Assembly: GCA_963755125.1 (NCBI GenBank)
Contig: CAVWIP010000017.1
Coordinates: 352,001 to 416,000, forward strand
Length of the DNA: 64,000 nt
Source: an uncultured delta proteobacterium
Lineage (GTDB): Bacteria > Myxococcota_A > Polyangia > Fen-1088
Direction: 5' to 3'
Below the pieces are notes generated by a model. It saw nothing but the letters and a program-made list of their open reading frames with translations. It did not search any database and was not told the origin of the DNA. Each line of letters opens with the position of its first letter. Within the stretch, counting starts at the first letter, position 1. Positions 1 through 10,261 of this stretch are shown in pieces. The position numbers and the translations under genes are program-made.

Positions 1-2
1 CG

Positions 3-1268
3 GTCCATGGCCTCGAATGCGTTCCGGTCCTGACCCGCCTGGCGCGCAACGCGGTCGATCGGCTCAATGATGCCGACCGCGCGCTGGTGTATTTGCACCA
101 GGTGCTGGACGCCGATGCCGAGAATCGCGCCGCCTCTGCCGAGACCGAGCGGATCTTGGCTTCGCTCGAACGCTGGCACGAACTGATCGAGGTGCTGGAG
201 CGTCGGGCCGAGATCGAGGCGCGCACCGGCCATGCCGAGGCGGAACTGGCTTGTCGCGTTCTGGTGGCCAGCATCTGGGGCGAGAAACTAGGCGCCACGG
301 ACAGCGCGCTCGAGGCCCTGCAGGCTGTGCTCGCACGCGATCCCCGTCACTTCCCCTCGTTGTTGGCAGTGGCGCAGATCCACGAGAGCGAAGAACGCTG
401 GGCCGAGGCCGGCGAGGCCTTGCAAAAAGCTGCCGAGACCGCGGCCTCGCCCCAGGACAGGGCCACGCTTCTGTGTCGCATGGCCAACGTGCGCGCGGCC
501 ACCGGAGCCCCGGTCGAGGAAGTGTCGGCTCTCTACCACTCGGCCCTGGATCAGGATCCGACCTGCCTGGTCGCCGTGATGGCCCTGGAAGGGATGGCCC
601 GGGCGGCGAACGAGTCCGCCCAGCTGGTGCAATTGCTGGAGGCGCGTGAAGGGCTCGAGCGTGACGAAGGCAAGCGCAAGACTCTGCTTGCGGAAATAGC
701 ATCGCTGTACGCCGGGCCACTGGCCCGGCCTGACCAGGCGGTGGGTCCGCTGGAACGGCTGCTCGGCCTGACGCCCGAGGATGTGGGTGTGCAGGAACGG
801 CTGGGTACCGCGCTCATCGCGGCAGGCCGAGTCGACGAGGGAGAATTCGCGCTTTCGCAATTGGCGGATCAGTTCGCCAGGGCCAAGCAGCCCAAGAACG
901 TGGCGCGCCTGCAGGTCTTGCTGGGACGCTTTGCCGAGACACGGGGCGATCTGGCAGCAGCCAAACAGCGCTTCCTGGCCGCGTATCAGATCGATCCCAC
1001 GCAGGCCCCCACGCTGGCTGCGCTGGCTGCGCTAGCAGTCGCGCAGAACGACAGCGAAAACGCTCGCAAGTACTACCGGACCTTGCTCCTGCAGAGCTTC
1101 GATGAAAAGGCAGTGGGGTTGAGCAAGGCGCAGATCTACCTCGCGCTCGGCAAACTGCACCAGGAGGCGGGCGAAATGGCCAAGGCTCGCAACATGTTCG
1201 AGCGTGGGCTGGAGACCGATCTGAAGAACGAAGCCCTCAGGCAGGCACTGGCCGGTCTGCCCAAGTAG
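3..1268 (+). CDS. TPR-repeat protein, C-terminal part (runs off the left edge)
   Basis: The frame is open from position 3. Repeated helical TPR-like units such as ALEALQAVLARDPRH, YHSALDQDPTC and FLAAYQIDPTQ. Confidence 0.85.
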   Translation, partial: VHGLECVPVLTRLARNAVDRLNDADRALVYLHQVLDADAENRAASAETERILASLERWHELIEVLERRAEIEARTGHAEAELACRVLVASIWGEKLGATDSALEALQAVLARDPRHFPSLLAVAQIHESEERWAEAGEALQKAAETAASPQDRATLLCRMANVRAATGAPVEEVSALYHSALDQDPTCLVAVMALEGMARAANESAQLVQLLEAREGLERDEGKRKTLLAEIASLYAGPLARPDQAVGPLERLLGLTPEDVGVQERLGTALIAAGRVDEGEFALSQLADQFARAKQPKNVARLQVLLGRFAETRGDLAAAKQRFLAAYQIDPTQAPTLAALAALAVAQNDSENARKYYRTLLLQSFDEKAVGLSKAQIYLALGKLHQEAGEMAKARNMFERGLETDLKNEALRQALAGLPK

Positions 1269-1276
1269 TCCAGCCG

Positions 1277-3394
1277 TCACTCGTTCTCGTAGGGCAAGCG
1301 CCAGATGCGGAAGGGCTTGTCCGTGCCGAAGTAGAGGCGGGTGAATGCTGGTTGTGTGAGCGAGCCATCCTTGGCGTAGGTCAGGGCGTAGCGAACCCCG
1401 AGATGTCTGAGCAGGGGGTTGGTGGGCGAGGCATACAGATTGAAGGAGCCCTCGTTCGGATTCTTGAATTTGATGTGGTCGTCGTCGAGGGGAAGCTGGA
1501 AATAGGCGATCTCCGCGTATCGGTTGTAGATGTACTTGAAAGCGCCCGAGGGATCGAGCGCACTCCACAGTGAAAGTTGCGGATGAAAATGCACGCCGGT
1601 CAGTGCGCGTCCGCCCATGGTGGCCAGCACCGTGCCAATCAGCGGTTCGGGGGGACCACCGCTCGCGACCCACAGGCTGTGCAGCCCGGCGGCTTGATCG
1701 TCCTCCACCACCTGGTGCACGGCCTTGTACAGCGGCGAGGCTTCGACGGGAGCGAAGCCAACCGACAAGGGGTTGAAGTTGCCCGCTGTCGCGAGCAGTT
1801 CGACGGCCAGAAGGCTGGCGAAGATGCGGCGCTTGCTCAGCAGCAACACCAGGGCTTGCAGCGCGATGAGAGCTGTCACCATCTGCATGATGAGGGGTAT
1901 CCGCCCGCCTCCCAACATGGCCGTCTTGGGAAACACGTTCCTGATGTGTTGCAGAGATGCCCCGATCCAGAGATAGAAGCCCGCGGTCGCCAGGACCACG
2001 CCCGCTGCAGCCAGCCATTCATTGCGGGTGAGCCGCATCGGTTCTGGATCAGGCCGCAGCAGGTAAAGGCTCAGAACGATGGAAATCAAACCGATGGCAA
2101 TCTGCGAACGAAACCCTTGCGTATAGGACCAGAGCATGAGGTCAGCCAGCCAGTGAGGGAAGTGGAAGCGACAGTAGAGGACGTGAACCATCCCCAATCC
2201 CAGCAGCGCCCAGCCAACAGGATCCAAACGGCGCCGAACCCGGGTGAGCACCAGCACAGCGAACAGCACGGTGGGAAGGAAAAGGATGAAGCCCGACGAC
2301 TCGCTGGCGTTGAATACCGGGCTCCCGATGGGCGCGGTGCGGGTGGTTTGGAAGTTGTACACGGCGCCAAAAAGCTGGGCCAGTGTGTAGTCGCCCCCGT
2401 TTAGGCGACGCCGGCCGGGGTATGCGCTGTTAGCCAGAGCCTGCAGTTCGGGCCACACCGCGAGCAGGAAGCACGCGATCAGTCCCGCCGCCACGCTTGC
2501 GGCAAGGACACCGCCCAGGACGAGTTGTCGGCGCGAAGCGCCTCGCCATGGCCGGTCGCGTATCATCACCCCCACCAGCATGGCGGCAAACGTGTAGGCG
2601 AGCGGCACCTGCCACGGCGGATACAGTTGCATGACAAAGCCGGCCGCGGCGTATCCGGCGGTGAGCGCAGCCAGCAGAGCCCTGGGCAGAGACCGTGCCG
2701 CGATCAGGTGATGGACACCGATCATGAGCATGGCCGCGAAACCCACGGTGTAGGCGGGAAAGTGGCTCCAACAGATGGGGTAGGCCGAGGCGCAGAACCA
2801 GAATGCCCCGAGAAGGGGAAGGAATCGCTGCCCGGGAAACACGATCTCCAGGGCCAGATACAACATCGTGAAACAGAAGAAAGGGGAGAACCACCACAAC
2901 CACGCCAGTCCCGCCTGCGCGCCGAACAGCAGGTAACCCCAGGTCACAGGCCTCACCAGGCTGGCGGGATGCAGAACCGGCACCCAGGAGATGAGCAGCA
3001 TGTTCTGCCCGTTGCCGATGTTGGTGTTGCGAACTGGAAAACGAGGCTGGTGCGTGAACTGCGCCAGCGACCACATGGTGGAAATCGCCCATTCGTCGCT
3101 GCGGATGGCCTGTGATTTGGCCATGAGAAAATCGCGCAGCCAAGGTGCGCGGCCGTGCAGGGCTTTGAGGACGGGCTGGGCCAGATAGTGGTTCTCCGCC
3201 TGCTGCGGAGCCCACATCTTGGCGGAAAGAGCGATGGACGATCCGTGGACGTGCAGCGCCACCAGCAAGGCAAACAGCACCCAGACTGCGCCGAGCACGC
3301 GAGCGCGAAAGGACAGGCGGCAAAACCAAGCCAGCAAGCTGGCGAGGCGCCGGGGTGGAGACACGGGGTCGGGATTGGTTGTGCAGGGCGGCAT
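1277..3394 (-). CDS. Polytopic membrane protein, probable GT-C fold glycosyltransferase (YfhO-like)
   Basis: Many hydrophobic helices, an early luminal loop with RSDEW, a YPPWQ motif and a soluble C-terminal domain. The start is uncertain (3394 or 3412); the longer ORF overlaps the divergent gene. Confidence 0.6.
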   Translation of the reverse strand: MPPCTTNPDPVSPPRRLASLLAWFCRLSFRARVLGAVWVLFALLVALHVHGSSIALSAKMWAPQQAENHYLAQPVLKALHGRAPWLRDFLMAKSQAIRSDEWAISTMWSLAQFTHQPRFPVRNTNIGNGQNMLLISWVPVLHPASLVRPVTWGYLLFGAQAGLAWLWWFSPFFCFTMLYLALEIVFPGQRFLPLLGAFWFCASAYPICWSHFPAYTVGFAAMLMIGVHHLIAARSLPRALLAALTAGYAAAGFVMQLYPPWQVPLAYTFAAMLVGVMIRDRPWRGASRRQLVLGGVLAASVAAGLIACFLLAVWPELQALANSAYPGRRRLNGGDYTLAQLFGAVYNFQTTRTAPIGSPVFNASESSGFILFLPTVLFAVLVLTRVRRRLDPVGWALLGLGMVHVLYCRFHFPHWLADLMLWSYTQGFRSQIAIGLISIVLSLYLLRPDPEPMRLTRNEWLAAAGVVLATAGFYLWIGASLQHIRNVFPKTAMLGGGRIPLIMQMVTALIALQALVLLLSKRRIFASLLAVELLATAGNFNPLSVGFAPVEASPLYKAVHQVVEDDQAAGLHSLWVASGGPPEPLIGTVLATMGGRALTGVHFHPQLSLWSALDPSGAFKYIYNRYAEIAYFQLPLDDDHIKFKNPNEGSFNLYASPTNPLLRHLGVRYALTYAKDGSLTQPAFTRLYFGTDKPFRIWRLPYENE

Positions 3395-3442
3395 AAGGAG
3401 GGAGGAGCGCATTTTGCCACGAGTTGGCCAGGCGAGAGTCAT

Positions 3443-3471
3443 TTGACAGCGAGCCTGGTAGTACGTAGAAC
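3443..3471 (+). promoter_or_regulatory. Sigma-70-like promoter for the small lipoprotein gene
   Basis: TTGACA-N17-TAGAAC about 70 nt upstream of ATG 3543. Confidence 0.5.
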
Positions 3472-3542
3472 TGCGCCGAATCTCGTCGGAGCGCGCAAGA
3501 TTGGGAGCCGCTCCTCTCCAAAAGAAAGGTAGGGACAACACT

Positions 3543-3842
3543 ATGACTCGAACATTGAAGGCCGTCATGTCTCTCGTGCTTGGTGGAACGCTCTTCGTTG
3601 GCACCGCCTGCGAGGACCAGAAGTGCAAAGAGGATCTGCAGGCCGCCCAGACGGCGGCTGAGACAGCCCAGAAGAACCTCACCGCAAAGCAGAACGAGCT
3701 CAACGCGGCCAAGGGCGGGCTTGCGGCGGCCCAGGCCGAGGTGGCGAAGCTGAAGAAAGAGGCGGAGGATGCCAAGGCAGCCGCGGCCAAGCCGGCCGAG
3801 CCTGCGGCTCCTGCTCCAGGCGCGAAGAAGGGCAAGAAGTAA
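3543..3842 (+). CDS. Small coiled-coil lipoprotein with Ala/Pro/Lys tail
   Basis: Signal peptide ending VGTA-C, Ala/Lys/Glu heptads, C-terminus KKGKK, AGGGA RBS. Confidence 0.75.
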   Translation: MTRTLKAVMSLVLGGTLFVGTACEDQKCKEDLQAAQTAAETAQKNLTAKQNELNAAKGGLAAAQAEVAKLKKEAEDAKAAAAKPAEPAAPAPGAKKGKK

Positions 3843-3915
3843 CCACGCGATAAGCGAGCGGGCTTGGCCCATGGGCGCCTAGTGAGGCGTCCACGGGTGC
3901 TTGCTAGTGCCTAAC

Positions 3916-3958
3916 AAGAAGAGCCCTCGTCGGGGATGACCCGCGAGGGCATTTTCTT
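3916..3958. terminator. Probable bidirectional intrinsic terminator
   Basis: AAGAAGA-GCCCTCG...CGAGGGC-ATTTTCTT between convergent genes. Confidence 0.55.
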
Positions 3959-3989
3959 GTCCGAAACGATCTTTTGCCCGACGGAGTCG

Positions 3990-5771
3990 CTATTCCTTGG
4001 CCAGGAGTCGTGCGCGCAGCAACTCGTGCTGGTGCCACATCTCATCTGGCAGGCGCGTGCCGAACCCGTCGAAGAACTGCCCCACGGCGTCCACTTCGGC
4101 CAACCAGTCCTTGCGGTTGATGGCGAAGAGTTTGTCCATCGCCCCGTTGGGCATGCTCAGGCCCGTCATGTCGATATCGTTCGGGTTGGGCACGTAGCCG
4201 ATGGGTGTCTCCGCTGCTTGGACCTCGCCGCGGCAGCGGGCGAGGATCCACTCCACGATGCGCAGATTCTCGCCGAAGCCGGGCCAGAGGAACTTTCCAT
4301 TCTCGTCGGTGCGGAACCAGTTCACATGGAAGATCTTCGGCTGGTACTTCACCCGAGAGCCCATCTCCACCCAGTGCCCGAAGTAGTCCGCCATGTTGTA
4401 GCCGCAGAAGGGGAGCATGGCCATCGGGTCACGCCGGACCTCGCCCAGGGCGCCGAACTGTGCCGCAGTTCGTTCGCTGGCCATGCTGGCGCCGAGGTAC
4501 ACGCCGTGGTTCCAGTCGAGCGCCTGGTAAACCAGGGGCGCCAAGGTCGCGCGGCGTCCACCAAAGATGATGGCGTCGATGGCCACGCCGTGGTGCTGGT
4601 TGTAGCGGAAGGAATGGGTTGGACAGTTGGTGAAGGGCGCGGTGAAACGGCTGTTGGGGTGGCTGGCCAGAATCGAGTTTCCGTCCTTGTCCTTGAGGCC
4701 TGCTCTCCAGGGGCGTCCTTGCCAGTCCAGGGCTTGGGTCGGGGCCGGATCGTCGTGGCCCTCCCACCACACCGTGCCGTCGGGCTTGAGCGCCACGTTG
4801 GTGTAGATGGTGCCGCGGTTGATGGTGGCCATGGCAACGGAATTGCTGCGCGTGTTGGTACCAGGCACCACACCGAAAAAGCCCATCTCGGGATTGACTG
4901 CCCAGAGGCGGCCATCGGTGTCCACCTTCATCCAGGCGATGTCGTCACCCACGGTCCAGATGCGGTAGCCCTTCTGCTTCAGCCCCTCGGGCGGCAACAG
5001 CATGGCCAGGTTGGTCTTGCCGCACGCGCTGGGAAACGCCGCCGCCACGTACTGGATGCGGCCGTTGGGCTCCTCGATACCGAGAATGAGCATGTGCTCG
5101 GCCAGCCATTTCTCACGCTGGGCCAGCACGCTGGCAATGCGCAGGGCGAGGCACTTCTTGCCCAGCAGGACATTGCCGCCGTAACCGCTGCCCACCGACC
5201 AGATCGCGTTGTCCTCGGGAAAGTGCAGGATCAGGCGGCGGTTGACGTCGAGATCGGCTTTGCTGTGCAGACACTTGGTGAACTCGCCCTGAGGGCCAAG
5301 CGCATCCATCACCTCGCTGCCCATGCGGGTCATGATGCGCATGTTGAGCACCACGTAGATACTGTCAGTCAGTTCCACGCCGATTTTGGAAAACGGCGAG
5401 CCAACCGGGCCCATGGCAAAAGGCACCACGTACATGGTGCGGCCCTTCATCGCGCCGTTGAAGTAGTCGCGCGCCTTGCGATATGCCTCGCGCGGACTCA
5501 TCCAATTGTTGGTTGGCCCGGCGTCGCCCTGGAAGCTGGTGCAGATGTACGTGAGGTGTTCGGTGCGTGCCACATCGTTGGCCGCTGTTCGGTGAAGGAA
5601 GCAATCCGGCAACTTTTCCTGGTTGAGTTCGATGAGCTCGCCGGTCTTGACGGCCTGGGCGGTGAGACGCTGTCGTTCCTCGTCACTGCCGTCGCACCAG
5701 TGGATGCTGTCCGGCTGGCACATGGCGGCCATGGCGTCGACCCATTCCTGAACGTGTGCATACTTGATCAT
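3990..5771 (-). CDS. pckG: Phosphoenolpyruvate carboxykinase (GTP)
   Basis: Signature FPSACGKTNLAM, VGDDIAW, GSGYGGN, HPNSRF, DPMAMLPFCGY. Confidence 0.97.
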   Translation of the reverse strand: MIKYAHVQEWVDAMAAMCQPDSIHWCDGSDEERQRLTAQAVKTGELIELNQEKLPDCFLHRTAANDVARTEHLTYICTSFQGDAGPTNNWMSPREAYRKARDYFNGAMKGRTMYVVPFAMGPVGSPFSKIGVELTDSIYVVLNMRIMTRMGSEVMDALGPQGEFTKCLHSKADLDVNRRLILHFPEDNAIWSVGSGYGGNVLLGKKCLALRIASVLAQREKWLAEHMLILGIEEPNGRIQYVAAAFPSACGKTNLAMLLPPEGLKQKGYRIWTVGDDIAWMKVDTDGRLWAVNPEMGFFGVVPGTNTRSNSVAMATINRGTIYTNVALKPDGTVWWEGHDDPAPTQALDWQGRPWRAGLKDKDGNSILASHPNSRFTAPFTNCPTHSFRYNQHHGVAIDAIIFGGRRATLAPLVYQALDWNHGVYLGASMASERTAAQFGALGEVRRDPMAMLPFCGYNMADYFGHWVEMGSRVKYQPKIFHVNWFRTDENGKFLWPGFGENLRIVEWILARCRGEVQAAETPIGYVPNPNDIDMTGLSMPNGAMDKLFAINRKDWLAEVDAVGQFFDGFGTRLPDEMWHQHELLRARLLAKE

Positions 5772-5830
5772 GGGATCGAGACTTCTGACATGAACCAGTC
5801 GCCAGGGTCAACTGCGGCGCTGGCTTTGCG

Positions 5831-6184
5831 TTACTTCAGAGGAGGTCGATCCGATTTGCCACGTACCGCGTCGGCTGGATATCGGGTCCGGTTGATTTCC
5901 AGCTTGGCACGCATGGCTGCCACGGGATCCGCGCCGATACGTTCGCAAAGCAGCAGCAAGGCGATGCCGACGTCGCCAATCTCTGACAGGATACGAACCC
6001 GCCGCTCTCCGTCCCGCGATGCCGCATCGGCCTGATCGCTGGGCACCCATCGGTACTCGGCGAGCAGTTCGCCCGCCTCGGAGCCGAGCAGCATGGCCAG
6101 GTTCTTGGGGTCGTGAAACTGCTGCCAGTCGCGCTCGGCCACGAACTGGCGGAGTTGGGCCAGTAGTTCCTGAAGGTTGTCCAT
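5831..6184 (-). CDS. MazG-like nucleotide pyrophosphohydrolase (dCTPase family)
   Basis: ERDWQQFHDPKNLA, EAGEL and EIGDV motifs. GGAGGAG RBS upstream. Confidence 0.88.
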   Translation of the reverse strand: MDNLQELLAQLRQFVAERDWQQFHDPKNLAMLLGSEAGELLAEYRWVPSDQADAASRDGERRVRILSEIGDVGIALLLLCERIGADPVAAMRAKLEINRTRYPADAVRGKSDRPPLK

Positions 6185-6215
6185 CGCGATGGTCTCCTCC
6201 TGCCAGCGTCGCGGT

Positions 6216-8747
6216 TCAGCGCGGATTTCGGCAGTGCTCGCTGGCCATTGAGGCGGCGACTGCAACCGATTCATCTTTGCTCTGCGCGGCCGCACGCAGG
6301 GCAGCGGCGCCTGCGCCGGGATCGCACATCCGGCCCAGTGCTTGCACAGCCGCCTTCTGCAGCGAGGGACGAGGATCCGCGAGCAAAGCTGCGGCGGCGC
6401 TAACCGAGTCCCTTCCGCCGATGGCGCCGAGAGCCATCACGGTCTCGCTGACAGTTTCTTCCAGGGACAGGTCGGATTGCGATTCGCTCTGAAGGCGTTT
6501 GAGCGCCGCGGCCATGGACGCAGTGGTCCTTGGATCTTTCATCTCGCCCAACAGACGCGCGGCGAGCGAGCGCATGTCGGCGTTCTCGGGCAGGCGTCCC
6601 AGCACGCGCACCAGCAGGGCGGAGGCGCGCCAGTCACGGCAATGGGCCAACCCGACGAGCGCGGCCATGCGGATGTCGTTCTCATCCTTTTCGTACGCGC
6701 GAAGCAGAAGGTCGTTGCCTTCGGGCACGCATAGTTCGCCCAGCGCTGTCACCTCGGCACGGCGCACGCCAGGCCACGGCTCCTGCTTGGCGGCATCGAT
6801 GATCGGCTGGGCCATCGCCTGGTCATGGCGTTGGCCCAGGGAAAAGGCCGCGGTTTCGCGCGCGCGGGGATCGTTGTCCAGCAGAGCGGCTCGCAGGGCC
6901 AGTCCGGCCTCAGGGTCGCTGAGACTGGCCATCTCGCGTGTGGCGAAGTAGCGGAGCACGCTGTCGGCAGCGCGGGCGCGGAAGTCCGCCAGGGAAGCAG
7001 TCGCGGCGGGGTTGTGGAGCATGCCGAGCCCCTGGATGGCGCGGGCCTGCTCCTCGAAGCCGGCTCTGCTTTGCAGCGTGGCGTGCAGGATCTCGATAGC
7101 AGCGGGAACCTGTTCCGGCTCGCGTGATGCTGCGGCAGCGAGCACGAAGAGCAGGTCAGCGCGCTGCCCGTGCGCGGAACCCGGAACTTGCGCAAGGGCA
7201 TCCAGCGCAGCCCGGACCAGGGGCGGCCTGGCGCCTGCGGCAATCTCGCGTAGACCGCCTCGCAGGGTGGGCGAGCCCTTGCCCACGGCAGCCAGCAAGA
7301 CCCGCCGGGCCTCGGGCTGGGCGAACGACGCTAGGGCTCGTGCCGCGCGCAGGCGATCCGGCTCGCTATGTTTCTCGTCGGCCAACAGGCCGGCGATTGC
7401 CGGCAGGGGTGGATCCTGCAGGCGAGCGAGGAGCGCGAAGACGATCTTTTCTTCGTCGGGCGTCGCGGCGGTCAGGGTCGCGGCCAGTGCGGCGGCCAGC
7501 GCCGGTTGTGCGGCGATCGGGTGCGCGTCAACCGCGGGCGCGGGCATGAGAGCGGCCAGGGTTTCGACCAAACAGACGCGCCCCTGTCCCGCCGGGCTGG
7601 CGGCGAGCGCAGTCGTGACCTTGTCGAGGACGGCGCCACCGAGCGAAGCCAGCAAGGGCAAACGTGTTTCGCAAGAGGTGCCGGCCGCCAGGTCCGCCAC
7701 CAGGCGGTCGACGGCCTGCGGTCCGTCGATCTCGGTCATGACAGCCATGTCGGCAATGGCCGTCGCCGCACGGCCGGAGGTGACCTCGCGAATCATCACC
7801 GTCAGACAGCCCGAGGCCACGGGTTTGGGCATGGGGATCCAGAACGGCTGCTGAAATCGTCTGACGCCGCCATCCGAATCCTCGACCAGATCGACGTCGA
7901 GGCTGTGTCCCGCGTCGCGACCGAAGAGCAACGTGAGACGGCGGGGACGGGCTGCGCTCGTGTAAGTCTGCGCGCTCCGCGTATCGCCGGGCAGGATCTT
8001 GAGGCCGGTGATGGCAAATCCCGCGCTGGAGCGCGCGGTGAAGAACTCGCCCCGGCCGTCGCGGGTATCTGCGGTCCAGACCGTGGAAGGATCGTCGTCA
8101 TTGACCGCCACAGGCGCAGAAAGCCTACGAACATCGCCCTGTGCCCCAGCCGAACTGGAAGCCGCGTGAAAGTGAAAGCCGCCGAAGGGCTTGCCGGCTG
8201 GCATCTGCGCATCGCCTCGGTGGGCCTTGATGGTCGATGATGCGGCTGCTGGCAGGGCAGGGGGTTCGGGCCTGAAGCGACGGCTGGCGAAATCCCACGT
8301 CCGGCGGAACAACTGCACGGGCACCCCGTCGCAGCGGTGCATGCGGGCGGCGGTCTGGAACTCGCTGATGTCTTTCTCGGTCACGACGATCTGTTGTGCA
8401 GTCTCGCCGTCGACGTCGCGCGCGCCAGCCTGGTCCCACCAGATGACGTTCTTGGAGGGCAACTCGGCGATCCAGACTTCCTCGCGCTTGGGGCCTTCGC
8501 CCAGGATGGGCACGCGCACCTCGACAACGCGGTGACCAGATACAGAGACAAGCTGGACGACGGGTAGGCCGCGCTCTTCCTTCTGCGTCTTGGGGGCAAA
8601 GCTCGCCACCATCTTGCCGCCATCGCGGATCTCGATGGCGCCAGAAGCATCGGTGGCCGCTTCCCAGGCGATGGCCGGGCAGGGCAGCGCGAGCAGGACA
8701 GAAGTGGCGGTCAGGACGAGAAAGGAGAATTGGCGAAGCGAAAGCAC
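6216..8747 (-). CDS. Secreted protein with discoidin-like region and C-terminal HEAT repeats
   Basis: Signal peptide, NDDDPSTVW...GEF segment, HEAT-like repeats (LLDNDPRARETAAFSLG, LLADPRPSLQKAAVQALG). Confidence 0.7.
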   Translation of the reverse strand: MLSLRQFSFLVLTATSVLLALPCPAIAWEAATDASGAIEIRDGGKMVASFAPKTQKEERGLPVVQLVSVSGHRVVEVRVPILGEGPKREEVWIAELPSKNVIWWDQAGARDVDGETAQQIVVTEKDISEFQTAARMHRCDGVPVQLFRRTWDFASRRFRPEPPALPAAASSTIKAHRGDAQMPAGKPFGGFHFHAASSSAGAQGDVRRLSAPVAVNDDDPSTVWTADTRDGRGEFFTARSSAGFAITGLKILPGDTRSAQTYTSAARPRRLTLLFGRDAGHSLDVDLVEDSDGGVRRFQQPFWIPMPKPVASGCLTVMIREVTSGRAATAIADMAVMTEIDGPQAVDRLVADLAAGTSCETRLPLLASLGGAVLDKVTTALAASPAGQGRVCLVETLAALMPAPAVDAHPIAAQPALAAALAATLTAATPDEEKIVFALLARLQDPPLPAIAGLLADEKHSEPDRLRAARALASFAQPEARRVLLAAVGKGSPTLRGGLREIAAGARPPLVRAALDALAQVPGSAHGQRADLLFVLAAAASREPEQVPAAIEILHATLQSRAGFEEQARAIQGLGMLHNPAATASLADFRARAADSVLRYFATREMASLSDPEAGLALRAALLDNDPRARETAAFSLGQRHDQAMAQPIIDAAKQEPWPGVRRAEVTALGELCVPEGNDLLLRAYEKDENDIRMAALVGLAHCRDWRASALLVRVLGRLPENADMRSLAARLLGEMKDPRTTASMAAALKRLQSESQSDLSLEETVSETVMALGAIGGRDSVSAAAALLADPRPSLQKAAVQALGRMCDPGAGAAALRAAAQSKDESVAVAASMASEHCRNPR

Positions 8748-8836
8748 GATGCCAGTTCGATAGCGCCTGGTCTCGCGCCGGTCAAGCGACGCAAACGTGG
8801 GCCACAGATTTCGGTCCGCCGGCCGATCGCTTCGCG

Positions 8837-10261
8837 CTATAGCCCATCAAGCGCATCGTTCGAGGTTTTCGTCTTGGCTTTCAGGGTGCGGTCCCGTTCT
8901 TGTGCCGACTCCGCCGCAGCCACGCGTTCCCGCCAGGTCTTGGCAGCCGGGTTGGAGGGAGCCTGGGCAAGGAGGGCGCGGAAGGCGGCGGCAGCCTCGG
9001 CCCACTTCTTTTCAGCAAAGAGCTTCTCAGCCTTGCGGACACGCTCCTCGAAAGAGATGGTCTCCTTGCTTGCATGGACTTTTTTCTTGTCTGCGGGCGT
9101 CTCCGCTTGCGCGGCAGGGCCGGCGGAAGCCGCGCGAACCGGCGCCAGGGTCTTGGCTGGCGTTGCGGAGCGAGTCGACTCTTTCGCGACAGAGTTGCCG
9201 GCTCGGTCCTCAAGGTCCGCGATAGCGGCCGCCTTCTCAACCGGCGCTGGCTTGGTAGCGGCGGGCGCTTCCGCAGCAGCGACCGGCGTGGGTGCCGCGG
9301 CCAGAGGCGCTTCCGCAGCGCGGGGCGGTGGTGGCTGAGCCCAGCGACCTGACGAACCTGCGCCTTCGGCGACTGGTGTCTTTCGTCCCTGTGGCAGAGG
9401 CCGCAGCGGTTCATCGAGACTCGCTTCATCCTTGTCGGCGCGCAGCGCGGGCGCCGACAAGGGCTTGGCGATGGCATCCGCAGCGGCTCTCGAAGGCGTG
9501 CTGGCCTTGCCACCGCCTTTGCTCGCGGTGGCCACGCCGACCGGAGTGCGCGGCTGGGCTTCCCATTGAACGCCCGCAAGGAGATCGTTGGAAAATTGCC
9601 GTCTTGACGTAGCTGGGCTGCTGCGAGTGGGAGGCGCGGTGCGAAGCTTATCAGCGGTAGAGGCGCGCTTCGACTCGGCTTGAGACTCGCGTTCCATTCC
9701 GGCGGTCGGTTTTTTGGTCAGCCCGGCCAGTCCTTGTTCTGCGGGTGCCGTCGCCGTCGGCGCGCCCTCCGCCTCAGGCTGCGGCCGGGCTTGCCTCGAC
9801 TCTTTGGGCTCGGCCGTCGGCGGCGTGAACGCTTCAGTTACAGCAGGCTTCGGCTCGGGAATCACCTGCGGGTTCTTGATGACCTTGACCAGAAATACCG
9901 CGGTGGCCACGCCGGCTGCGCCCAGGGCGGGAACCAGCCAGGGCGTCTTCCACAGACGCGCGAAAAAGCCTTCGGCTTGAGGCGCGCGCGATGTCCGTGG
10001 TTTTAGCCGCTCGGCTGCTTTGGCGTTGACGGCCGCCCGGGCGGCCTCCAGTACTCGCGCTCGCACACGCGCGGGCGGGTCTTCAGCCAGCGGACCGCGC
10101 AGGGCTGCCCGCGCGTGTCCCAGGGTCGAGGACATGGCCTTCACCTCGGCGCTGCACGAGGCGCAGCCATCGACATGCGCGAGAAATTCGCGGCGCTGTT
10201 CTGCGGGCATCTCCTCGTAGAGGGAATCGACCAGGAGAGAGGAGATTTCGCTGCACTTCAT
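8837..10261 (-). CDS. ZAS (zf-HC2) anti-sigma factor with TM helix and long Pro/Ala-rich extracytoplasmic region
   Basis: HVDGCASC (HxxxCxxC), one TM helix, C-terminal TPR-like helix pair. Overlaps the sigma factor stop (ATGA). Confidence 0.85.
   Translation of the reverse strand: MKCSEISSLLVDSLYEEMPAEQRREFLAHVDGCASCSAEVKAMSSTLGHARAALRGPLAEDPPARVRARVLEAARAAVNAKAAERLKPRTSRAPQAEGFFARLWKTPWLVPALGAAGVATAVFLVKVIKNPQVIPEPKPAVTEAFTPPTAEPKESRQARPQPEAEGAPTATAPAEQGLAGLTKKPTAGMERESQAESKRASTADKLRTAPPTRSSPATSRRQFSNDLLAGVQWEAQPRTPVGVATASKGGGKASTPSRAAADAIAKPLSAPALRADKDEASLDEPLRPLPQGRKTPVAEGAGSSGRWAQPPPPRAAEAPLAAAPTPVAAAEAPAATKPAPVEKAAAIADLEDRAGNSVAKESTRSATPAKTLAPVRAASAGPAAQAETPADKKKVHASKETISFEERVRKAEKLFAEKKWAEAAAAFRALLAQAPSNPAAKTWRERVAAAESAQERDRTLKAKTKTSNDALDGL

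Noticed and set aside
3936..6035. 699-aa plus-strand ORF, and similar long antisense ORFs such as 24052-25707, 30884-32179 and 46060-47145
   Set aside because: Shadow ORFs opposite well-supported genes; common in high-GC DNA and without recognisable motifs.
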